64,000 nt of DNA from Eledone cirrhosa. Its lineage: Eukaryota. Location: positions 358,670,001 to 358,734,000 of the forward strand of contig OZ024740.1 in assembly GCA_964016885.1 (NCBI GenBank), written 5' to 3'. This document shows, in pieces, positions 12,365 through 25,518 of this stretch. The position numbers were made by a program, and so were the translations under genes. The number at the start of each line of letters is the position of its first letter. Within the stretch, counting starts at the first letter, position 1. The notes under the pieces were generated by a model. That model worked only from the letters and a program-made list of their open reading frames with translations, had not been told where the DNA came from and searched no databases.

Positions 12365-13650
12365 AGTGCATACACGCGCATGCATGCAGACATGCATACA
12401 TATCTACCTAGTTGATGTTTAAATTCCAATGGAAAGAGTCTTGAGTCTATGTTAGAAACCGATTCACTCTTTCTATTGGTAAATATATATAAAATTTATA
12501 AAACCAGAAGAAAATACATACATAAATACATACATAACATACATATATACATAATCAAAAACATACACCAGGGAAATTGCCCAATAATACCGAATCCATG
12601 GATGAAAAACTGAATGCTTATCAGCAAAAGATCATGCATGGATATGTTTCTAGGAAGCTCCAGAGTGAGTAATATAGATAAGCAAAGTAGTCTATTTGGA
12701 CCAACACTATATTTGTTCCCAATTTGAATGATAGGATTTTGCAATCCAAGAACAGGAAACCAAAACAAAATACCTGATTCACGAAAGAAATAGGGATGCA
12801 GGCAAACACCTAGACGTGACAACAAATGCAGACTGTGCAGTATTAACATCGAAGATGTCACCCATGTCTTAAGCAGCTGTAGGTAGTATCACGATACTAC
12901 CTACCTATGAGAGGCATGATGTAGTGGTCAAAACACTGTACAATGCAATCCGTAGAATAGATAGCCCGGACAATAAACACACTAAAAGTTACAGCAATGT
13001 GGAAAACATTTACATAATATGAAAGAGTACAGGTGGAATGTTCCAGTAAAAACCCCAATAAAATGCAGGCATAACAGACCAGATATAATGATGAGACAGG
13101 GAGAAAAAGGCATGCAGAGTAGTGGAAGTTAGCTGCCCAGTAGATGCCAATATAATATTAAAGATTAGCGAAAAGGAGAATATCTATGGAGAACTAATGA
13201 GAAATCTGCAGATACTCCACCCCGACTATACCTTCAAATTTATGCCTGTGATTATTGGGGCACTGGGATATGTTAGTAACTGCCTCAATACAAATCTTGA
13301 GAGGCTCGGCTTCACAGAAAGAGAAAGAATACTAGTTAGGGAATTACATGTACAATCCATTAATGGAACAGTAAAAATATGTAAAACATTCCAAAAATTC
13401 TGCATGTACACATATACGGATACAAAACACATGCACATGCACACATATAACTCAAAACATCCACATATACATTAACATCCATACCTGCACATACACGCAT
13501 GCATATATGCATACATATCTACCCAGTTGATGTTGTTTAAATTCCAATGAGAGCCTTGTGTCTATATTAGAAACTGACTCACTCTCTCTAGTGGTAAAGA
13601 ATTATGAAATTATAAAACCAGAAGAACATACATACATATATATGCATACA
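12365..13650 (+). mobile_element. Second RLE LINE family: 3' UTR-only copy (12365-12545) followed by a degenerate 3' fragment (CCHC + RLE + 3' UTR)
   Basis: CRLCSINIEDVTHVLSSC, RPDIM, EVSCPVD...PVIIGALG; 3' UTR repeated at 12365-12545 and 13490-13650, each ending in CATA repeats. Confidence 0.85.
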
Positions 13651-13654
13651 TAGT

Positions 13655-14242
13655 AGTTTTTTTATTTTGTCAGATGCTATCTGATTTATTCTTCAGTGAT
13701 GGGCCAGACTCAGTCCACCCATACTCATGTGCCCATGAACTGTGAGATAACTCTGAAGAACAGTTGATGTTTTACAAGTTCTACAAATATGAAAGGCAAA
13801 CCTCGGCATCCCAAAAGGATTGGTTGTGTTTGTACAGTCCAGGCTTGGACTTAAAATAAAGGTAATTTGTGTAGCCTGCTTTCGAAAGAAGTTCATAACT
13901 ATGGTCTCATAGTTCCAGCTCTTCTGATTTGGCCAAGTATAATTCAGCTTAAATTTCCTTAAATAGTTGTATCTTTTCCTTATAAAATGTCTCCGTCCAT
14001 TCCTAGCTCTTCCTAATCGCATAAATTTGTTCAGGTTGTGTTTTACATTGACCTTGTATATTTTCGTAATCTTAGTTTGCGGACTTAGTTTCCACTTCCT
14101 CATTGAAAAGCTATTTTGGGAATCTGTCATTGTTCATTCAGTTGTACTTTGTCCATATTTCGGATGAATGCAAAAGGACCGCCAGGAGCCATGTCTGATA
14201 CACACTGACCTTAATCCGAATGGGTGTGACCACAACACATTA
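13655..14242 (-). mobile_element. Possible 5' end and ORF start of an RLE LINE
   Basis: 145-aa basic ORF 13693..14130; upstream GTTGTGGTCA...GGTCAGTGT motif shared with the 5' end of copy B. Confidence 0.4.
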
Positions 14243-14666
14243 TATCTTCCAGCTTGCTAAAGGCCGAGAAAGAATTTTGAATTGGTGAGTAGATTTCAAG
14301 ATCTAGGTATCCAGTTCCTCCCAGATTACTTCCAAGATAAATAAACTGTTGCCATTCACGAAAATATCTCATTCAATATAGGGTTTGTTTGATATGGAGC
14401 AAAAAATTACCTTTGTCTTCGAGCTTATTGAGAAATCAAATTCACCGCATGTCAGTAAGAATTAATTATGGAAATGTCAGATAGCTTCTCATTGTATGTA
14501 ACTCGAATGTTCATGTTATTATGTAATTTCGCAGACATCATGTAAGAGTTATATTTCCTGATCGGAAACCTTATTGCCTTCCGAGCAACACTAAGGGACA
14601 GATATCCTTTATTAACCAGTTCGTCATTAGTCTAGATAAAACCATGCCAACGGATTCAAACGTAAT

Positions 14667-14853
14667 AATTGTTTCTAGTTTTGGCACAAGGCCAGCAATT
14701 ATCCCAGTGTTTTACTGGTAATTTATTTTATCGACCCCGTAAGGATGAAAGGCAAGGTTAACCTCGGTGGGATTAGAACTCAAACCATAAAGGGCCGTAA
14801 CTCTTTGCTGCAAAGCATCACGTCCGACCCTCTACCGATACTGTCAATCGTCC
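14667..14853 (-). mobile_element. tRNA-derived SINE (family 1)
   Basis: conserved core GCCTTTCATCCTTACGGGGTCGATAAAATAA; approximate TSD TTCAAAYGTAATAAT. Confidence 0.9.
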
Positions 14854-14971
14854 TTCAAATGTAATAATACGCGAAAAATATCGCATCCGGATTTATATCC
14901 TTTAACTTTGTGTATTGTGACAAGAATTCTGTTACAACACGCAAGTATATTTCCAGCTGTTAATTATGGTA

Positions 14972-15245
14972 CCGTGGTAAGGGTACTAGACTTATGATCA
15001 CAATATTGTGGGTTCGATTCCTGGAATGGGTTGTGTGTTATGTTCTTGAGCAAAATATTTCATTTCAGTTTGCTCCAGTATACTCAGCTGAAAATGAGTA
15101 TACTCAGCTGAAAATGGAGGTTTAACCCTGCGATGGATTGACCTAATGTCCATAGAGGGGGGGGGGGTCTTGTATACTCAGTCGCTTCACACTTTGGAAA
15201 TCTGGATAAGCACTAGCCTGATGAGCCCCCGAACTCGAGACCCAC
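14972..15245 (+). mobile_element. tRNA-derived SINE (family 2)
   Basis: A box GTGGTAAGG, B box GGTTCGATTCC, then TTCTTGAGCAA and AACCCTGCGATGGA body motifs. Confidence 0.75.
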
Positions 15246-15331
15246 TTAGAATTATACGATCAAATATGATAGATGATATATTTCCACTCCTTCTTTACAG
15301 CAGCTCTAATGGGATACCATATAATAATTGA

Positions 15332-15793
15332 TAATTGTTTTTACTTTTGGCACAGGACCAGCAATTATCCCAGCGCAAGGGCCATAATTCTATGCTGCAA
15401 AGCATGGCGTTCAACTCTCTACCGATACTGCCAATTTGCCGCCTTAATAATTAATAATTAATAATTGATAATTGTTTCTACTTTTGGCACAAGGCCAGCA
15501 ATTATCCCAGTGTATTACTGGTACTTTATTTTATCGATCCTGTAAGGATGAAAGGCAAAGTTAACCTCGGCGGGATTTGAACTCGGATCATAAAGGGGCG
15601 TAACTCTATGCTGCAAAGCATAATTAATTATTAATAATTAATAATTGTTTCTACTTTTGGCACAAAGCCAGCAATAATCCAGTGCATTACTGGTACTTTA
15701 TTTTATCGACCCCGTAAGGATGAAAGGCAAAGTTAACCTCGGCAGGATTTGAACTCAGAATGGCAAGGGCCATAACTCTGTGCGTCAAAGCAT
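15332..15793 (-). mobile_element. Three stacked partial family-1 SINEs (15332-15443, 15470-15622, 15643-15793)
   Basis: repeated AATTGTTTCTACTTTTGGCACAAGGCC tails joined by (TAAT)-rich linkers. Confidence 0.88.
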
Positions 15794-17080
15794 AATGGTG
15801 GTTTTTTCAGTACTGATCTACTTAATCTACAGAACAACGTGATCACTTTTAGGCATACCTTTCATATATTGAAGTAGATCAACAGCAGCTTTACCTACCA
15901 CTGTGGCTTTGAAAAGGAGGATAGAAAAATGTTCCTTTCAATGTTGCATCTTACTTTCGCGGTCTTTGAGGATTTGAGTGGTATGTCAGATGATGATTGT
16001 GTATAAAAGATCTGGTGCAGAACGCCATACAATGTTTTTAAGAGCCTTTACTATCAAAATCACTATAAATCTAAGCTGAGATTCGTGGTCAGTAATGGTT
16101 TCTAATCCTCCTCAGCTCTAGTTGTAGGGTTGATCTATGCATTAAAAGGCCGCTCAATTGTCGATTAATTTTGTAAGGGTGGATTTAAGGAAAATCGTTA
16201 AAGGGTTATTTTATTTCCAGCAGCGGACTGATAATAGTATTATTAATGAACCAATCTCTATGATTCAGCTTCTTTATCGAAGAACCCAAGAAATATAAGT
16301 TCTTTAGCGATTTCTTAGGTATCAACAAAGTTACGATCGGAAACTTTATTGGACACAATGCCTCGTTTTGTTTTCATGAGAAGCTGTTTAGAAATCTTCA
16401 CCAGATCCATGCGAAACTTGAATATTTTAAGTACCAATTTGTGATTAGTGGCACAGTCGGCATTACATAAGACGCGTACACTGCAGAAAATCTGAATATG
16501 TATAAGCATGTACTCGGGTAAGAATGAAATCATTCAGGGGACTATGTCTAGTCCTAGGAAGACTCCATGTGACGCCGTGCTTTTGCATTTGGTGGAAGAA
16601 ACTGTCACAAATAGCTTGACAGAATGTTGAAGTAATAAAACACATATATTCACTGACACACACATATACATCTACATGTATATATATATATATATGTGTG
16701 TGGGGGTGTGCGTGTGTGCGTGTGTGTGTATGTGTGTGTGTAGGTGCGCGCGCGCGCGTGTGTGTGTGCGAGTGGGTGTACGCGCATACTTTTTTTCTAA
16801 GATATACATATTGAACAACTGCCTCTTTCCGTGGCTGGCAATTACAGTGTATAAGTCATTCTCTACTCTCCTTTGAGATTTGATTGTATAGTTCCACTTT
16901 TGATATATATAATGTGTTATCGTTAACGTTGAGCAGTTCTATAGGAGGCTAGACCGAAATGATTGTGTTGGCTTTGGCATTGTACTGATCTAAATTCCAA
17001 ATCCCACACACACACACACACAGATATATATATATATATATATACATATATGTGTGTGTGTGTGTGAGTGAGTGTGTAGT

Positions 17081-17157
<77 letters not shown>

Positions 17158-17420
17158 TTGTGTGAGGGCGCACAAGAAAAGGACAACACGAAAAACAATG
17201 GAAATACGAACACTATATAGAAATATTAATAGATTAATTTTTGTATAGAAACACACATGAATTGTATCATATGTGATCTGTAAAATAAAATTCATTTCTC
17301 TTGAGATTTGATTAGATGCAGCTGATATTTGGAATCAATAGATGCTCTATTCCAAGTTGTAGAATCAACAATGTCGATTTGGATCGATGAGGGTTAAATT
17401 AGAAAATTTTGACTTGATAT

Positions 17421-17753
17421 TTTGATAACTGAAATAATTGTTTAGTTTCTTTATGCATTTTTTTTTTATTCACACAGTATGCTGAACTTCAAATGTGACA
17501 ATGAGTAATTAATATTTGAAAAAATAACAAGATTAAATGTGAACTTGCCATATATACTTATATATTTGTTACATACATTTATTTAATGATTAAATAAATG
17601 TATGTAACAAATATATAAGTATATATGGTAAGTTCACATTTAATCTTGTTATTTTTTCAAATATTAATTACTCATTGTCACATTTGAAGTTCAGCATACT
17701 GTGTGAATAAAAAAAAATACATACAGAAACTAAACAATTATTTCAGTTATCAA

Positions 17754-17754
<1 letters not shown>
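17421..17754. repeat. Near-perfect palindrome, ~167-bp arms, 1-nt spacer at 17588
   Basis: arms are reverse complements with 3 mismatches seen. Confidence 0.95.
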
Positions 17755-17786
<32 letters not shown>

Positions 17787-17886
17787 ACATACATATATAT
17801 AAGCAAAGAGATATTTAATTTGTTGGTAATTCCACAAATATATTTATAACAGATTTGAAGCACTCGACAGTTTTTTCTGGATTATA

Positions 17887-18207
17887 ATATCAATGATACT
17901 AATAAATAGAAACTATATTTATAAAACCATATTTATTCTATTTCAAGGGTACCAAAACTTTGGTACGCTCTCATCAGATAAAATACAAAATTTGTTTTAT
18001 ATATAGTGACGTACCCAGGAATCAGATCTTAACAGTTAACGGAACCTGAACTGTTAAGATCTGATTCCTGGGTATGTCACTATATATAAAACAAATTTTG
18101 TATTTTATCTGATGAGAACGCACCAAAGTTTTGGTACCCTTGAAATATATATAATAGAATAAATATGGTTTTATAAATATAGTTTCCATTTATTAATATC
18201 ATTGATA
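17887..18207. repeat. Inverted repeat (~150-bp arms, 11-nt spacer) made of PLE pseudo-LTR sequence
   Basis: 17887-18037 is the reverse complement of 18049-18207; each arm carries an HHR core. Confidence 0.93.
18101..18161 (+). ncRNA. Type I hammerhead ribozyme
   Basis: TATTTTAT-CTGATGA-stem II-GAAA-T(ATAT)A-TA-ATAGAATA; 8-bp stem I; AUA cleavage triplet. Confidence 0.75.
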
Positions 18208-18224
18208 TATATATATATATATAA

Positions 18225-20396
18225 GTAAAAAACCAAAACAATAACAAAGAGTGTAGTACGAACAGTGTTGGTATTAGTGGGGGGTCGGTGACAACGTTTC
18301 GGGCATAAGCCCTTCATCATGAGAAAAGTGGGAAGGACAAGAATTCCGAGATTGTGAGGGGAAGTGGTGGAAAGACATTAAAAAGAGGGCGGAATTAAAA
18401 GGAAGGAAAACAAATTAAAATGAAAACAAGTGGTGAAAGGGTGTGAAGCGTGTAGAGGTGGTGGTGGGTGGATGTAGGGGGAGAGGGGAGAAGGAAACAG
18501 GGGACCCGGGCGGGGAGGGTGGAAGGTGGTGTGTGTGTGTGTGTGTAGGTGCACGTGTGTGTGTGTATGTGTGGATGTGTGTGTGAGAGTTTGGGGAAGA
18601 ACGAGGTTCCATGCTCTGGTAATAGAAAAACCACTGTGTACATGAGGTGGGGTGTAAGTTAGTGTGTGTGTGTGTGTGTGCGTGTGGATGGAGAGGGGTC
18701 GGATAGGATGGGGGAGAGGGGGCGTACTGAGTCCGGAGGCCGAATAGGTGTATGTGAAGATACGCACGTGTGTGTGTGTTTTTGTGTGGTGTGGATACGT
18801 GGAAATGTATGGTTGCGTGTGTGCGAAAATGGTGTAAGTGTTTGTGTGTGTGTTCCTGAATATTTTCCCGATGAGTGTGTGGACAGATGGTGAAAAATCC
18901 GGGTATAAAAAGGTGGATGTCCAGAGCGTGTGACCAGTGGTGTAGGATCCGTGGAATTGGTGAGGAGGAAGTAGAAAGTTGTGGGGCGCGCGCGCAACAG
19001 GAAGTGGTCAAGAAGGTCAAGTCGAGGGGTGGAGAAGACAGGGTGAAGGATGGGAGAGAGAGAGAGAGGAGATAGCAGTTCAGAGGGTAAATGACAGACA
19101 GGCGAGTGGTAGTTGGCAGGTGTGGCCTGTATGTGTGTGTGGAATGTGTGTATGTGTGTGCGGAGGTACGGTGGACAGGAGAAGAGGTGGGTTAGTATGA
19201 AAAGTTGAGGGAGAGGGTGCCGGTGTGTGTAAAGGGGGGGGGGTGTATATTAGTGGAGGTGTTAGTAGGATCTGTGTGGCGGGGTGTTGGTAGTACGGGG
19301 AGAGAGAGATGGTGCTGGGTACAGTATGAGTGAGTGTGATATACTGGTGTGTGTGTGTTTGGGTGTGAGTGCGTGTGTGTGGTATGGTGGTGTGTTTTCA
19401 TGTATGCGTGTGAGGGGGAAGGTGGTTTGAAGAATGTTTAGTATTATTAGTCGTGGGGTGGTCGGATGTGGATGTGTGGTGGGGTTTAGTGGCGGTAGTA
19501 GGGTGTGTGAATAGTGTGAGTGAGTGTACTGGTGTGTGTGTATGTTGAGGGTGTGTGTGTGCGTGTGATAGAGGGAGGGGTGGGGTTGTTAGTATTATTA
19601 GTAGGGTGTTTGTGTAGGGGAGAAGGAGGGGAACGGTCGAAGGCTGAAGAAAGAGGGGTGGCGAGTTCAGGCCGGGGAGTGTGTGGGTCCGTAGGGTGAA
19701 GATGTTGTGTTGTTCGGCCCTAAGTCGGGTTGCGGGGGTTCCATGGCATTCAATCAGGCCACAGATGGTGAGGTTGTTGGCGGAGTGTCCACGGGAACCA
19801 AAGTGGCAGGCGATAGGGGGAACTCCCGCCGAGAGGACTATCTCGGAGGTGCTCCGTGAACCGATCCACCAGGCGACGTCCGGTCTGTCCGACATAGGTT
19901 GCGCTGCACTCCGTACAGCGAAGTCCATAGACGAGGTTGGAGAAGGTGAGGTGGAAGGCATGCCGGACAGAAAGAGAGAGTGGCCGTTGGGACCTTGGAA
20001 GGTGGTGGTATTGGTAATGTAGGGGCAGGTATGGCAGCGGAGTCTAGAGCAGTGAAGGGAACCGGGGGTAGGTAGCTGCGGACGAGGGGATTGTGGAGAT
20101 TGCGCGCGCGTTTGAAGGAGGGGGTGGGGATGGGAAGGGGGTCGGACTGGAGGCGGAGGATGGTGCGGTGGAGGGGTGGTAGGTGAGGGGAAGGGGAGAT
20201 AGTGGGTGGTGGAGCGGGGCGTGGGGTAGGGCGATGGACTGCGCGGGCGCAGGTGAGGGTGGCGTGGACGAGGGGGGAGGGTAACCTCTCCGGACCAAAT
20301 GGCTGACTAGAGCCTTGAAGTCAGTATCGCGGCTGCAGAGGCGGCGGATCCGGAGGAGTTGGAAGTTGGGAATGGAGTGCTTAGAACGGCACTTAC
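18225..20396 (-). mobile_element. 5'-truncated Penelope-like element (RT thumb + GIY-YIG + CA-rich 3' region + degenerate HHR at 18287-18322)
   Basis: SIPNFQLLRIRRLCS...RRGYP; PIACHF...GHS...EQHNIFTLRT...GLN; ATGATGA-AGGGCTTATGCCC-GAAACGTTGTC. Confidence 0.8.
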
Positions 20397-21370
20397 TTAA
20401 ATGTATATCGTTCCTGTGTCTGTGTTGAACAAAACGGTGACGTAGTTGCCTAAACACTGTACTGCGTAATTCGGGCTGTTTGTTTGTTTACAAACAAACA
20501 AACCGAGCATTATAATAAATGTTCGGTAAACCGATACCTGCATATATATATGTGTGCATGTATGTATATATATACATACTACTGTACGTCTGTATACATA
20601 TATGTATGTACGTATACATATATACATACTTATATTAGTATATATATATATATAATACCTTAGAGATGGGTGTATATGAAAGTATATACGATGCGTTTAT
20701 ACGTACGATTCTCACTAAGAATATTTTAAAAGCTGTAATGATGTCGCAGGTATCGCAGTTAATGTGAGAATGTTAGACAGTTGTAATCGGAAGGAAAAAT
20801 GTATGTGTGTGGTGAGTGTATATGTGTGTATCTGTGTGTGAGTGTACATATATATGTAAGTCTGTATTAGCATTGTTATAATCTACGCCTCTCCTTATAA
20901 TGTACTATTAGGTATAGTGTGGGAATCTCTAAATTTCATCTGTTGACAAAAATGTTCACCCATTAAATTATCTCCAGTCGAACGCAAGCTTGCGGTCAGT
21001 AAATATTTATCCACTTTATATAGCTAACAGAAGCGGTCTCATTGAAAGAGCAGAGGAACAATTTTGATTTTTTCCGCAAAAATGGAATCTCCTATCTACT
21101 TCCATATTTTTATCGCTACTATCTCTGTACATTTACTACTGCTTCAACCAGTCATTTGGAACTCTTTCACATTTGGAGGAAAAGAACATAAACATAAAAA
21201 AATGGAATCACTTGTGGCCAATAAAGAAATTATTATAAGCCTGCCTCAGGCAATGTCTGAAATAAGTTGCCAAAAATCACTAATACTTAAACTATACCAA
21301 ATATGTACCAAAACTCTACCAGGGAACGAGTGCTGTCTCAACTTTGGATATTCTTTACCAGATTACACTA

Positions 21371-21412
<42 letters not shown>

Positions 21413-21513
21413 TCAGGATTGGTGCTCTGAAATAGCGATGTATACATGAATATATGTATAGTATATTTGGCAATATACCGTATGTAATAATTTTGGGCGG
21501 AAGCAGGGGAGTA

Positions 21514-21558
21514 GGTGATTCTGATGAACGCCAACCTGCGCGAAACAGACAGTCAACC
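21514..21558 (+). ncRNA. Minimal type I hammerhead ribozyme
   Basis: GGTGATT-CTGATGA-ACGC(CAACCT)GCGC-GAAAC(AGACA)GTC-AACC. Confidence 0.75.
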
Positions 21559-21732
21559 GCTCTCCCTCTTTCACCGAAAACTGATAGCGTATGGTCTTCT
21601 AAATGTTTTTAATTAAACATACGTTATATTGCCAAACATACTATACATACATTCATATATATATATATATCAGAAGATCCCGTTAAGGGTGAAAGCAGCG
21701 ATTCCTTGCTTAAACTTTAATCTGTTATTTTA

Positions 21733-21769
<37 letters not shown>

Positions 21770-23789
21770 TTAGTTTTATACCAGTTTTAAACCAGTAAGA
21801 GTACTCGATATTTGGGATAGTAGAGTGTAAATAGTGTAAATATCCGACGACTCAGCTCTTGCCGTTTCGACACACACACACTTACACACACACATATATA
21901 TATATATATATCAATGGATTGGCGTTTGCCTTCTACTCACCATATTTCGAAAGATATATTCTATTTATGCAGATGCTGTACTAATATATTAGTAATTATC
22001 TTTATTTAGGTGCTGGTAAAATATATGCCACACTACTCATCTAATAATAATTCAGCGAAAAGTCTAACACTTATCCTTTCGTGCTCTAAAGCCAAATGTT
22101 TATAGTACTACATTATTCATAAATTCTTTAAGCGTTATAGTAATCCATGGACATTGCATCAATAGATCCTGGAATATATTTTCAAGAACGCATCTAATTT
22201 TCTCAAAAATGTCTTCAAATATTTCCCAGAAAATGTATACTCGAAAGTGGCATCAACATGTTTCCCAAAAGCTTCTTTAAAACTTTCATAAATATCTTCT
22301 AACAAATTCAAAAGGGGAGACACTATTTATATGACTAGACTTTAAACACGAATTGTATTAATCAATGATTTTATTTAGTGTTAGCAAAATATATGTTACT
22401 GTATTCATCTATTATGACTTCAGCGAAAATATAACATAATGATAAAGTTTACCCTTTCGTGTTCTAGATTCACATATCTAGTACTTGATTATTTAGAAAT
22501 TCCTTAAGTGTTGTAGTCATTCATGAATATGCTAGAAAGTGTTTTCAGGAACGCATCTAAATTCTATAACATCGAAGATATGACATGTCTTTCATTTGCT
22601 TGATTTATTTTATCTTGCAAACGCAAACCAAATATATGCTCATTGTATTTGTTCAAGCAATATATAAATATATTTACAATGACTGCTTTCGAATTACGTC
22701 CATCTAGGTTTGATTCAGTAAACCGGACAGAGATAAATGTGTTATAGAAACATTTTATATCATTAATCTATGTGACGTTGAGTTTTGAAAATACTAAAGC
22801 TCCTATAAAATTGCTTTAGACTTATTCTTTTAAATATTTGAATTTATTGGGGTGTCTGGATCTAGATATAATAAATATAGATGAGGGATGTAATCCATTG
22901 CACGGTGTGACATCGCAAATCTGGTTCTTATTCATTTTTCGCGTGGTTTATAGCTGGAAGCATTTGGGTCTGTCCTCTGATATAATTATAATTTGATATT
23001 CTTATACACTGATTCCTACTATAGCCTCTCAACATTCATGTTTTTCCCTTCTCACTCAAGTCCCCGAGGTTTTCAAAAAGTGACGGGTGCCCTCCATTCC
23101 CCTCTGAAAAAAGAAACATATAAAAACAGTTAGTGAGTGTTAATCATTAGGATACTCCACGTTTTCAAAAACGTCAACACTCCAACTAAATTCATAGAGG
23201 ACAATTAGATAATAAAATAAACATAATGTGCCTGCTCTATTTGATTTTCAAGCGAAAACTTATCGTTCTATGATATTTACAGCTATTTGGACTGTATTAT
23301 TGAGAGCAGGTGTCATGGATGCAGAGGGTGCTAGATTGGCAGAATACTTAGAGCTTCGGACAAAATAACTTGGTATTCTTTCTTTCATTTTAAGTTTTAG
23401 CTTCAAATCCTACAGCTGGTAACTTCCCCTTTCTCAACGTAGGTACACGTATGCACAATTATATTTGGGTTGAGTAGATAATGGATAGCGATTACAAGAA
23501 TTTCTTCTGTTGATGCCTGAAATCAAATGATAAATTTCATCAAACGTTTTGATAAATGTTTTCCAAACTTTTCATCAAAATCCTACCACCAAAATAAAAC
23601 AAATATAAAATAATTCATCAAAAATGTCCCTCCCTCAAAATGTTCCACAAAATTTAATCGAATCTTCTCCCCAACAACAACAAAAATTTTGCAGGGCGAT
23701 TTTAGAAAAGAAAATGTGAGAAGACAATCGAGGGATATAAAAGGGGTTCAGAGATGGTGGTAATGGTTACAATATATCAATATATATAT

Positions 23790-23863
<74 letters not shown>

Positions 23864-23891
23864 AAATGAAAATCCGAAGGCAATCATTTAA

Positions 23892-23965
23892 TCACGACAC
23901 ATGTTTCAATAAGAGATAGATCGATTGTGAAACCATGATCGATTATCACTGATCTCATCAGGTGA
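23892..23965 (-). ncRNA. Type I hammerhead ribozyme (left arm)
   Basis: TCAC-CTGATGA-long stem II-GAAAC(ATGT)GTC-GTGA. Confidence 0.8.
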
Positions 23966-25444
23966 AAATGAATTGTATTCAAATTCTTGATATGAGGGAG
24001 AAAAATAACGATGTTCTCTCACAGAATTCATTCCCTCATATGAAGACACACCAGTCAGAGACACGGCGACTGCTATTAACTTCAGTTGAGGTCATAAAAG
24101 TTTTCAGATTTCTATCGCTGCAAAAGACGCTGGACATCAATCAAATCTGTAGGGATACAGTCAGTCACAGATAATGTGAGTGGGTACACACACATTCCAC
24201 ACCTACATACACCGGTTCGAGGTCAAAGAAAAATATATAATATATATACACACATCAACACAGTATTAAACCTGTAGAGTTAGTGTGGGTGGGCACACAC
24301 AAATATAATAACACAAATATAATAAAACAAATATAATAAAACAAATATAAGAAATATTAGAATACCTAGCTAGTAAATAGTTAGATTGATTACACACTTA
24401 GTATACCTAGTTAGTAATTGATTGCACACTCAGACATGACCGATTACGCGCACCTACCTTTACTTTAAGATACCCTAACCATTGAGTTCTCTCAGTTGGG
24501 ATATAGGTAGTCGTTTTACACACTTAGTTAGGAGCGATTACGCTCTCTATACATAACTCTACACACAGTACCCGTTTCCTTTAGACATTGAGCTCCCACA
24601 ATTACGACTGCCACGTTCCTACCGACTGAACACTACACCAGGCTTTGATCCGTGATCATCTAACCATGGAGGACTCACTGTTACGGATTGAACAATAATA
24701 TTGACACACCATTAATGGACATACACACATCCTTTGGATTTTACTATCCTGTGTCTTTTTACTTCACCTTCTGTGCTGGATAACACACCTCCACCACTCA
24801 AACAACTATCTTAAAAGCTCATTGGCCCATATGACGGGAAATCGCAATCTTACGGACGCATTACCCAATACCCAACCCTACACGGAGCCCTTTGCTGGCC
24901 TACATTGCGGTTGCTTGCACGCACGGATTCGGTGACTCGGTTTCTCAATGGGACAGCGGTACATACTGAGTTCGATATGAGCTGATTGCTTGCTCTTCAC
25001 ATGGATGTGACATACCCTTTTTGGGACGATTCCGATGTGTATATACCATAACATACATTTGAAGATATGGATGTTACAATTCAATCTATACACGTATAGC
25101 AGAACACTGAACTGAACTTACTTGCTTGTGTGTGGGTGTGTGGGGCGTTGGTTATCCCAATATTTCCAATTTACATCGTCAAATTGAGATTTGATCAACA
25201 TAGCTTCTGTTGTTTTGTGAACTAACTTTCGGTGAGTGCTGCGTTGGTACATTCTTATATTTGTTTTATTATATTTGCTTTCTTATATTTGTTTTTCTCG
25301 GACATCGCCTCGGCGTGTGTGAGAGTGTGTGTAAAAGCAGTCGCCGTGTCTCTGACTGGTGTGTCTTCATATGAGGGAATGAATTCTGTGAGAGAACATC
25401 GTTATTTTTCTCCCTCATATCAAGAATTTGAAGACAATTCATTT

Positions 25445-25518
25445 TCACCTGATGAGATCAGTGATAATCGATCATGGCTTCACAATCGATCTATCTCTTT
25501 TTGAAACATGTGTCGTGA
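25445..25518 (+). ncRNA. Type I hammerhead ribozyme (right arm)
   Basis: TCAC-CTGATGA-long stem II-GAAAC(ATGT)GTC-GTGA. Confidence 0.8.

Larger units (their letters stand above)
14245..16640 (-). mobile_element. Old, decayed RTE-clade LINE interrupted by SINEs
   Basis: APE-like TWSLPRTRHSPLNDFILTR and CATNHKLV (16430-16600); YYLGS...AFSKL RT C-terminal-like stretch (14250-14350). Confidence 0.55.

Noticed and set aside
15217-15245. CTGATGAG as a hammerhead core
   Set aside because: It is part of the family-2 SINE 3' end, with no GAAA or stem III.
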